Part shown: positions 32,490-40,334 of the stretch, one piece after another | How positions within the stretch are numbered: position 1 is the stretch's first letter | Layout: each line of letters opens with the position of its first letter | NCBI GenBank assembly: GCA_041551115.1 | Contig: JBFENN010000002.1 | Location: forward strand, 1-47,841 | Length of the DNA: 47,841 bases | DNA from: Anaerolineales bacterium | GTDB lineage: Bacteria; Chloroflexota; Anaerolineae; Anaerolineales; UBA4823 | Direction: 5' to 3' | Translations under genes and position numbers: made by a program | Notes under the pieces: generated by a model | Databases searched by the model: none | What the model saw: only the letters and a program-made list of their open reading frames with translations | Told to the model about the DNA's origin: nothing

Positions 32490-35374
32490 AAAATCAGAAG
32501 TCAAATTACGCCTTGATTGACTACTTTGCTTACGGGCTATTTTGGTCGTGGAACGTCATCTTCCTGGCCTTTATGGTATTGGGTTTTGCCCCCCAGGTCG
32601 TGCCCGAATTACTCGTTGAAGTACGTGCGGGCTTGATCCCGATCAATTTCCTGGTGTACGCCTCAGTGCTCAGCGTTATCCCGTTAATCGCCGTACTCTT
32701 AGGGGCAACCGTTCTACGTAAAAAACCACGTAAGCTTTTCGCCCTCGGCTATGTGGTCGAGGGACCGCTTATGCTGCTGCTTGCGATGCGTTTTTTCCTG
32801 ATCCGCCAAGCCCCGGCCTCCCTGACACTACTTTTAGCGGTTGCGTCCATAGGTATGGGGACTTTCCTATGGTATTTATTGGATACCCAAATCGAGAGGA
32901 GAGGTCGCCTGTTTGGCTATCTTCGTTTGATCGGGCTCACCATGATGTTGATCACAAGCCTGTATGCGGCTTTGTGGATCGCGTTTTATGCAATCCCAAT
33001 TACAGGTGCCGTCATAGATTGGTTTGTGAGGACGATCGCGAATGCACGTGAATTCATCACCAGTTTTAGATATGATCTTCAAAGCATACTCAGTGAGGGG
33101 TGGGCATTGATCCCCTTGATCGTACTAGGGTTTATTCTGCTTGTGTATACTGCAACGCTCTTTGTATTAGCGCCAATTGTTATCCCGGTGTTGAGTTGGC
33201 GATCATGGTGGCAGGATTTGCGGATCCAAAAAACCCTTCACGGGTGGGCAATACCGGCTTCAGCTTCAATATTGACTGTTGTTTGTGTCGCTTTACTCGC
33301 AATCTTTGCCAACCGACAACCGCAGCAGAAAGCTTTCGCTCTCTTAGAAACACCCCCCTCTTCACCCGAAGAAGTCCAGAAATTAATCGATCAGAGCGAT
33401 ACGATCCGCTCAGGGTTGTTGAACGCATACTTGTCTTCATTTCGTTACATGAGTGCTCAAGGCGAGGTACGCCATATTCGCGTTATGTACGAAGATACGT
33501 TTGACATGCCGCCTGAGAAAGCCTATCGCATCCAACGAGCATACGAAAGAGTTGCCAGCCCATTATTATACGATCCAATTCAGAAGCAACTCCCCAGCAG
33601 TTTGAGGGATAATTTGGCTTTCCAGCGTGAACCTCAAGCGGCGGCGAAACTATACCAAGAATTCTTTGATGCACCCATCATTGAGGGGGAGAAAGAAGAA
33701 GTGGTGCGCGCAGTCCGCGCTACTTGGTCGGGCAATCAAGCAGAAGCAGCTTGGCAAGCCGTGGATGACCGCGAAGTGCACTTGGTCCAACAGGGGATCA
33801 ACATAGAAGAACATGGTGACTGGGCTGAAGTAGAACTGTACGAGGTGTATCAAAACCAGACTACCGATCTTGAAGAAGTCATCTATTACTTCAATTTACC
33901 TGAGTCAGCTGTCCTGACAGGAGTTTGGTTGGGGAACAGCCCTGATCGAAACGAGCGGTTCAATCCCATCGTGGCACCACGTGGGGCTGCACAGGCAGTC
34001 TATCGTAATGAAACCCGGCAAAACCGTGACCCGGCATTATTAGAACAAATCGGACCACGGCAGTATCGTCTGCGCGCCTACCCTGTCCCCCGCATGCTCC
34101 TCACCCGTGCAGAAGACCAATCACAGCGACTAATTGAGCAAGCTGAACCATTACATCTCTGGTTGACGTATACAACCTTTGCCCAGGAAGATTCCTGGCC
34201 GCTTCCACAGATTTCAGACCAAAGAAATGTATATTGGGACAGCGGTACCGAGCGCCTAATCAATGGTGAGCCAGCCGTGGTCGAGGAGGATGCCTGGTTG
34301 CCTGCCTCCGTTCCAGCTTCCCAAGAAATCGTTATGACCACTCACCGGTATGATTTTCCCAATGGAATGAGTGTAACTGCAGAACCGGTATCCTATACCA
34401 ATCTGCCAACGAATGACCCCGATAAACAGTTTGCAGTTGTTGTAGACAGGTCTTTCAGCATGGCAGAACATGCCGACGCGGTGACAGAAACGCTCGCTGA
34501 GCTTGCGACATTGACCAGCCCAAATCATGAAATCGATGTCTATTTGACCGCCTCGTCTTTCCGAGGGGAAGACCCCACACGCACTACATTAGATGAACTT
34601 GCTCCGGAAGGTATCGTATATTTTGGTGGACAGAACGCTGCTGAATTGTTATCCCAGTTCGAGAACCTGCGTGCGGGAGATACCTATGATGCAGTTCTAG
34701 TCCTCACCGATGGTAGTGGTTATGAGCTGGGTTCTTCTGATGTTGAACTTCCAGTCCCAGAATCCCCGATTTGGATCGTTCACGTAGAGAGTGATATCCC
34801 CCTTGGTTATGATGACGAAACGCTGCAGGCTATCCAAGCGTCTGGCGGCGGTGTAGTACCAGATCTCGATCAAGCACTCGCCAGGGTTTACTTACCATCC
34901 GGGTCGGGTAACCAGTACAGCGACATCATCGATGGCTACTTATGGGTTGTGCTGCCCACAGAAGAGGCTGACTTGGAAGCAGGAGTGTCCCCCGAAGGCA
35001 TTAATGAATCCGGCTTCGAGGCAATGGCTGCCCGCCAATATATCAATGCTGAAATTCAAAACCAGCGCGGGGTCATAGATGAGCTCGCCACACTGGATGA
35101 GTTCCATGCTTTTGCAGAAGCGTACGAGATCGTAACACCGTACTCTTCGATGATCGTCCTGGTCAATCTACAGCAGGAGAACCTATTAGATCGCCTGGAA
35201 GAGGGTACCGATCGGTTTAAACGCGAGTTTGAAGAGCTGAATAACACAACCCCTGCCACACAAGTTCCATTGACAGGGGTGCCAGAGCCAGAAGAGTGGC
35301 TGCTGCTAAGCCTCGCCGCGACTTTATTGGTCTGGTATGCTTACCGGAAACGTCTGGCACCGCAAACCAGATAG
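32486..35374 (+). CDS. PEP-CTERM integral membrane protein: N-terminal polytopic region, VIT-like domain, vWA domain, and C-terminal PEP-CTERM sorting signal
   Basis: The first ~280 aa contain ~8 TM helices. VIT-like block EVIYYFNLPESAVLTGVWLG. The vWA MIDAS motif is VVVDRSFSM (DxSxS) with LVLTDGSG. The tail GVPEPEEWLLLSLAATLLVWYAYRKRLAPQTR (nt 35279-35371) has PEP, a TM helix and a basic cluster. An ATGA overlap joins it to the exosortase gene, and a GGAGG RBS is present. Confidence 0.85.
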   Translation: MKNQKSNYALIDYFAYGLFWSWNVIFLAFMVLGFAPQVVPELLVEVRAGLIPINFLVYASVLSVIPLIAVLLGATVLRKKPRKLFALGYVVEGPLMLLLAMRFFLIRQAPASLTLLLAVASIGMGTFLWYLLDTQIERRGRLFGYLRLIGLTMMLITSLYAALWIAFYAIPITGAVIDWFVRTIANAREFITSFRYDLQSILSEGWALIPLIVLGFILLVYTATLFVLAPIVIPVLSWRSWWQDLRIQKTLHGWAIPASASILTVVCVALLAIFANRQPQQKAFALLETPPSSPEEVQKLIDQSDTIRSGLLNAYLSSFRYMSAQGEVRHIRVMYEDTFDMPPEKAYRIQRAYERVASPLLYDPIQKQLPSSLRDNLAFQREPQAAAKLYQEFFDAPIIEGEKEEVVRAVRATWSGNQAEAAWQAVDDREVHLVQQGINIEEHGDWAEVELYEVYQNQTTDLEEVIYYFNLPESAVLTGVWLGNSPDRNERFNPIVAPRGAAQAVYRNETRQNRDPALLEQIGPRQYRLRAYPVPRMLLTRAEDQSQRLIEQAEPLHLWLTYTTFAQEDSWPLPQISDQRNVYWDSGTERLINGEPAVVEEDAWLPASVPASQEIVMTTHRYDFPNGMSVTAEPVSYTNLPTNDPDKQFAVVVDRSFSMAEHADAVTETLAELATLTSPNHEIDVYLTASSFRGEDPTRTTLDELAPEGIVYFGGQNAAELLSQFENLRAGDTYDAVLVLTDGSGYELGSSDVELPVPESPIWIVHVESDIPLGYDDETLQAIQASGGGVVPDLDQALARVYLPSGSGNQYSDIIDGYLWVVLPTEEADLEAGVSPEGINESGFEAMAARQYINAEIQNQRGVIDELATLDEFHAFAEAYEIVTPYSSMIVLVNLQQENLLDRLEEGTDRFKREFEELNNTTPATQVPLTGVPEPEEWLLLSLAATLLVWYAYRKRLAPQTR

Positions 35375-35467
35375 GAATCATCTGCCCTGGATATGCCCCT
35401 CTACCGTATCAAACAGAGGGTGACCATATGAGATCAATAAAGATGAAACCTGGAACCTACAGCCGCT

Positions 35468-36382
35468 TTACAAGGGAATCGAGCGGACAGCTGGTAGTAT
35501 GTGCTCAACCACATCCGATTCATCAACCGGTTGAGGGATATCATTAAACAAATACCATACTTCAACATGCTCAACATGCTCACCTGGTTCAAGCGTGATC
35601 AGCGGGGCAAGGGTTTCCAGTTCCAGGATATCGCTGTCCGTATAAATCTGGACATTGGCATTCATGTCTGGATAGCGCACATCCGGCTGGAAAGTATAGC
35701 GCTTTACGAATAAATGACCTGCACGCGCGTAAGCCGTCCAACCGTCCAAGGTATAGGCGCCTATCTTCTGTGGGCTGGATCGGGCAGGGTCTTGTCCAAG
35801 CAAAATAAATTGTGTTCCCGTTACAAGGAGCGGATCGGATAAATCCGTGTAAGCCCACAAGCTCAGTGTATTGACCGGAAGCAGATTTTCAGGGTGGGGA
35901 CCTCGTGGGGGTAAAGGGATGATACCAACACCATTTTGCGCCATGTCAGTCTGGCACCAGGGTGCCAGCTCAACCGGCCATAGACCGTGGTTACATAAGC
36001 GATGAAGGATTGTAACTATAGCCCCAGCCTCATCGATAGATATTTCCATCTCCTTTTGGATACCAGAGAGTGCTTCAACAGGTTGGATGAGGTGGATTTT
36101 ATTCTCCTTAACCTTCACTTCAATGGGAAGATTATCAGGTAAATATGAACGTGGTGCAGCCTCCGGAGCATGCCACAAGCGATGCCCACCATATGGGTGC
36201 CATAATTCACCACCGGTCTTGCCAACCTGGTCATCAAATTCATGAAACTCGTTTTCCTCCCCAATAAACCCGAACCGGATGATTCGTGGTCCGACATCTG
36301 TAGTGGCAATAAGATCAATTCGGTTATTGGCTAATCGATAGCAATTGTCCCAACCGCGATATGTGACTTTTTCAATATCCAC
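35468..36382 (-). CDS. Hypothetical protein, DUF4380 / mutarotase-like (low-confidence family call)
   Basis: WDNCYRLANNRIDLIATTDVGPRIIRF...GGHRLWHAPE recalls PF14315. AGGAGG lies 6 nt before the GTG at 36382 (VDIEKVTYRGW), so I prefer that start over the track ATG at 36415. Confidence 0.55.
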   Translation of the reverse strand: MDIEKVTYRGWDNCYRLANNRIDLIATTDVGPRIIRFGFIGEENEFHEFDDQVGKTGGELWHPYGGHRLWHAPEAAPRSYLPDNLPIEVKVKENKIHLIQPVEALSGIQKEMEISIDEAGAIVTILHRLCNHGLWPVELAPWCQTDMAQNGVGIIPLPPRGPHPENLLPVNTLSLWAYTDLSDPLLVTGTQFILLGQDPARSSPQKIGAYTLDGWTAYARAGHLFVKRYTFQPDVRYPDMNANVQIYTDSDILELETLAPLITLEPGEHVEHVEVWYLFNDIPQPVDESDVVEHILPAVRSIPL

Positions 36383-36573
36383 AAATGACCTCCTCATGCT
36401 TTGGTCAAGCAGCATTAAGTGATACTAGGCATAATAATAAATCATACTTTAGCCAGGAGACCCTGTAAATACAAATATTTATGCCAGGCCGCTTCTTGGA
36501 GGAATCTCATACGATATGCGAGAATAAATCGTAAGATACCCCATACCATCCCTGGTTTCAGTATAATTACTAT

Positions 36574-36714
36574 ATGCCAGGTCAAGGCTTCAACATCCAG
36601 TGCTTTTCAATCCACGATGGACCGGGTATCCGCACCAGCTTCTTCTTGAAAGGGTGCAACCTAAAATGTTATACAAAGATCCTGCCGGCAGATATGTGTA
36701 TCACCTATACATGA
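36574..36714 (+). pseudogene. 5' remnant of a glycyl-radical-enzyme activase (radical SAM) gene
   Basis: Own translation: [32 protein letters not shown]. This matches the activase N-terminal pattern ([23 protein letters not shown]) and then breaks off before the CxxxCxxC cluster is complete. The 46-codon ORF ends at 36714. Confidence 0.6.
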
Positions 36715-36977
36715 TCCAACTCAGTGAAGACCACCCAGTGCGTAAAAGCGATTTTATGTGGGAACTCTATACCCGGAGAGGGATAAAAGCTTGGTCGCAT
36801 TATATGCTTATTCATATTACTGAACCTTACCGTGCCCGTGGGCACCATGAGGAGGAGTGTCCCACAGCAGAAGAAGTCGTAACGAAGCACATTACCCTGC
36901 CAATTCACCCACGGCTTACCTTTGAAGCCATAGATTATATGTCAGAATGCATAATTGACTTGAGTAGAAAACAATAA
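36666..36977 (+). pseudogene. 3' remnant (about the last third) of a DegT/DnrJ/EryC1/StrS-family aminotransferase gene
   Basis: [10 protein letters not shown]...RKSDFMWELYTRRGIKAWSHY...CPTAEEVVTKHITLPIHPRLTFEAIDYMSECI follows the C-terminal third of the DegT pattern (HLY.I...GI....HY...P.AE......LP.HP.L). The PLP-lysine region is absent. Confidence 0.7.
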
Positions 36978-36986
36978 GAGACAGTC

Positions 36987-38276
36987 ATGTCATCAACGGA
37001 ATATATCACCGACATGTTAACCGGTAAAAATGCAAAAAGATATTACAGAAAACTATATGGAAGCGATCTCGGAATTATCGAAACCCAAACCCAACGCTAC
37101 CTGAGACTTGCAGATACTTTTTGCTTGGAATTTCCAAATCAAAGCAAACCCGATTTCTTCAGTGCTCCCGGTAGGACAGAGGTCGGTGGTAACCATACCG
37201 ACCATAATGCTGGGCGTATCCTGGCAGCCGCAGTAGACTTGGATATTGTTGCCGCTGCAGTCCCAAATAACGAGAATGCCATCCGTATGCATTCGAACGG
37301 CTTCCCACTTGACGAAATAGATCTAAATGATTTATCCATTCGCGAATCAGAAAGATACAGCTCGACAGCCATTATCCGAGGGGTTGCTGCTCGTTTCCAA
37401 CAGCTCGGATATCGCGTGGGAGGCTTTGATGCCACTGCAATTAGCTCAGTACCAAAAGGATCCGGTTTGAGTTCTTCTGCGGCATTTGAAGTATTAATCG
37501 GGCTCATACTCTCCCATTTTTACAACAATGGCGATCTAGACCCGGTATTACTCGCGAAGATCGGGCAATACGCAGAAAATGAATACTTCGGTAAGCCCTG
37601 TGGGTTAATGGACCAAACCACCAGCGCGGTTGGCGGATTCGTAACAATAGATTTCAACGACTTTGAAAATCCTATTGTAAAGCAAGTAAGTTCCGACTTC
37701 GCGGCTAGTGGATATTCGTTGGTGATCGTTGATACTCGGGGTGATCATGCTGATTTGAATGATGAATACACTGCACTTGAGAATGAGATGAAAGCAGTGG
37801 CCCATACGCTGGGTGGAAAAGTACTGCGGGAGTTCAACGACCATACCGTGCTTAACCAAATTGGATACCTAAGAAGCCGGGTCAGCGACAGAGCGATCTT
37901 GAGGGCTTTGCACTTCTACGGGGATGACCATCGGGTTGTTGAGCAAGTGCGGGCCCTCGAGGACAATGATTTCCCCCGTTTTCTTGATCTTATTATTGAA
38001 TCTGGGTCCAGTTCATGGATGTACTGCCAAAATGTATTTGCACCGTACGCAGTACAAAAACAAGAACTGGCAATTGCGCTGGCAGCCAGCCAGGGCTATC
38101 TTGAGGGTCGCGGCGCCTGGCGGGTCCATGGCGGTGGATTTGCAGGAACGATCCAGGCATTTATCCCCAATAACATTTTGCCTGGGTATATTGAGATGAT
38201 GGAAAATATTTTTGGAACTGGGGCTTGCCATCTACTGCGAGTGCGACCGGTTGGAGGAGTAAGGATGTTGGATTGA
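36987..38276 (+). CDS. galK: Galactokinase-family GHMP kinase (long form)
   Basis: PGRTEVGGNHTDHNAGRILAAAV (galactokinase signature variant), the GHMP ATP motif PKGSGLSSSAAFEV, and the C-terminal RVHGGGFAGT. Confidence 0.8.
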   Translation: MSSTEYITDMLTGKNAKRYYRKLYGSDLGIIETQTQRYLRLADTFCLEFPNQSKPDFFSAPGRTEVGGNHTDHNAGRILAAAVDLDIVAAAVPNNENAIRMHSNGFPLDEIDLNDLSIRESERYSSTAIIRGVAARFQQLGYRVGGFDATAISSVPKGSGLSSSAAFEVLIGLILSHFYNNGDLDPVLLAKIGQYAENEYFGKPCGLMDQTTSAVGGFVTIDFNDFENPIVKQVSSDFAASGYSLVIVDTRGDHADLNDEYTALENEMKAVAHTLGGKVLREFNDHTVLNQIGYLRSRVSDRAILRALHFYGDDHRVVEQVRALEDNDFPRFLDLIIESGSSSWMYCQNVFAPYAVQKQELAIALAASQGYLEGRGAWRVHGGGFAGTIQAFIPNNILPGYIEMMENIFGTGACHLLRVRPVGGVRMLD

Positions 38277-38326
38277 AATACCCCCAAACCTATGCCTAAA
38301 TTCATTCCATTTAAGCCCAAGCAAAT

Positions 38327-38363
38327 CCGCTGTCGACCATTGAAGATCGCCAGCGGGTTTTTT
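38327..38363 (+). terminator. Probable rho-independent terminator after galK
   Basis: CCGCTG (38327-38332) pairs with CAGCGG (38351-38356), with an extra inner CGA/TCG pairing. It is followed by GTTTTTT (38357-38363). Confidence 0.5.
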
Positions 38364-38593
38364 CATGAATCAGGTTGTTCATAATATAAAGCTTCTCCAT
38401 ACAGATGGGCAATGTTAACCTTACCGGGGAAAAGGGTTAGTCGTCTGTAAACCTTGCAGGATTGGTAACTCAATTTTCTAATTCTGATCTCGATAACAAT
38501 TAACGAACGGTCATTATAACCGTGTGATCTCTTTGGAAGAAGCGTAGATCCCATCAAAGTTGAATAAAGCACTGAACGAACGAGTCGATCAGG

Positions 38594-40156
38594 ATGAAAT
38601 CTGACTATCAAAACCTATTCCAGGTGCTGATTTTTACCAGCATGCTTTGCTTTTTACCGACCAAACCCGTCATTGGCGCGCGGGTGGGCGCTGATTCGCC
38701 AATACCAAAAACACAGCTGCTCTTGTTAAATGAGAACCACCATGTTCCCTTCTCGGGCGTGGTACAAGATAGTATCCTGCTAGGTGAACCTCTAGATGAA
38801 GACGGTCCATTGACTACCAACACATCTGGCGACCCAAATCCGGTTGAAGTTAATCAACCACTGGATATCAGCGCAACTGTTGACGATAGCTATTTTGGCG
38901 CCTCTCCCATCGCCTCCGCACAGTACAGCCTGGATAACGGTATTCATTGGTTTCCACTAAATGCCGTAGATGGAATATTCGATCAAGTTAGTGAGCAGGT
39001 ACAGGCAACCATCCAGGCACCTGCGGTAGCAGGAAATTATTCATTATGTGTGCGCGGTACCGATATCAATGGAAACACGGGAATGAGCGCATGCGCAAGT
39101 CTTGCGGTCTTTGTGCCGGACCTTCAAGGACCGCAAGTAATTGACCTAATGCTTGACCCCAACCCAGCGCTCACAGGTCAGTCGGTAACATTGTCAGCTG
39201 TAGTAAGCGACCAAACTACTGGTGGCTCATTGATTTCTGGTGCAGAGTACAGTCCAGATAATGGGGTGAATTGGCAGCCGCTTGCAGCTGTTGATGGTGA
39301 TTTCGATGCTGTCATCGAGCAGGTGTCCGTTGTTGTGCAAGCTCCCATGACCGCCATAAGTGTAGCCTATTGTGTGCGCGGCACGGATGAACCAGGCAAT
39401 ACCGGACAGAAATTCTGCATTACTCTGGGTGTCTATACATCCGATCAAGCTGGGCCTAGCACGATTAACCTAGTTGCAGATCCAAATCCTCAAGAGATCG
39501 GTCAAGAGCTATCAATTTCGGCAATTGTTGATGACCGGTTCACGGGCAATTCGCCGATCCAAAGCGCAGAATACAGCTTTGATAACGGGGTAAGCTGGCA
39601 TGCCATGCTGGTTGCCGATGGCGCCTGGGATGAGAGCATCGAAGGGGTATGGGCACAGGCAATTGCACCTGACCCGGCTGGATCCTACGAACTGTGTGTC
39701 CGCGGTCGCGACAGCAACGGTGATACAGGTCCCAAAACCTGTCTATCGCTGCTGACAATGACTCCAGACAATCAAGGACCGCTCTGCAGTGCAGTTTCAG
39801 CAGCACCCAATCCGGTTGAGGTGCAAACGCAGTTAACACTGACCGCAGCGGTTGATGAAACTAGCACGGGTGGGACATTGATCCAATCTGCCCAGTACAG
39901 CCTAGATAATGGGGTCTCCTGGTCAGAAATGAACCCCCAAGACGGTGCATTCGATGCGCTGCAGGAGAATGTCATTGTCAATATTACGGCACCGAATGAG
40001 GCAGATGTTTATGACCTGTGTGTGCGTGGTATCGATCAAAACGCTAATATTGGCGAGAGTGAATGCACCCAGGTTAGCGTATATGCCACCACAGCCCAGC
40101 AAGACCTCACTCATCGCTTGAGCTTCCCTTTATTGATGGCCAATTTTCAACACTAG
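38594..40156 (+). CDS. Secreted repeat protein with 4 x ~109-aa two-Cys beta-sandwich-like repeats
   Basis: Signal-like N-terminus. Four units start at DEDGPL, DLQGPQ, DQAGPS and DNQGPL. Each unit carries PNPv...ls.sA.VDD..tGgs.I.SAeYS.DNGv.W..m.a.DG.FD...E.V...i.AP...G.Y.LCVRG.D..GNtG...C..l.V. Confidence 0.75.
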   Translation: MKSDYQNLFQVLIFTSMLCFLPTKPVIGARVGADSPIPKTQLLLLNENHHVPFSGVVQDSILLGEPLDEDGPLTTNTSGDPNPVEVNQPLDISATVDDSYFGASPIASAQYSLDNGIHWFPLNAVDGIFDQVSEQVQATIQAPAVAGNYSLCVRGTDINGNTGMSACASLAVFVPDLQGPQVIDLMLDPNPALTGQSVTLSAVVSDQTTGGSLISGAEYSPDNGVNWQPLAAVDGDFDAVIEQVSVVVQAPMTAISVAYCVRGTDEPGNTGQKFCITLGVYTSDQAGPSTINLVADPNPQEIGQELSISAIVDDRFTGNSPIQSAEYSFDNGVSWHAMLVADGAWDESIEGVWAQAIAPDPAGSYELCVRGRDSNGDTGPKTCLSLLTMTPDNQGPLCSAVSAAPNPVEVQTQLTLTAAVDETSTGGTLIQSAQYSLDNGVSWSEMNPQDGAFDALQENVIVNITAPNEADVYDLCVRGIDQNANIGESECTQVSVYATTAQQDLTHRLSFPLLMANFQH

Positions 40157-40334
40157 CGATTGTCAATCAATGCCCACTCCCTTAGACAACTATTACCAGA
40201 AAAATGCAGCATGTTAGTGCCATGCTCAAGATGAAAATTAACGGTTATTCTTCAACCGTCAATAGGCACTATTACTGCACCGCCACAGAGATGAGTGTGT
40301 AATAACTTCTATATCTAGCTAGGAGAATAATTTA

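Noticed and set aside
36419-36649. 76-aa plus-strand ORF upstream of the DegT remnant
   Set aside because: It has an alternative-start codon, no RBS and no family resemblance. The only meaningful reading in this stretch is the activase fragment in a different frame.
38363-38611. 82-aa minus-strand ORF in the galK / repeat-protein intergenic region
   Set aside because: It has no RBS. It overlaps the galK terminator T-tract and the start of the next gene. Its composition (R/S/L/Y-rich) is not protein-like.
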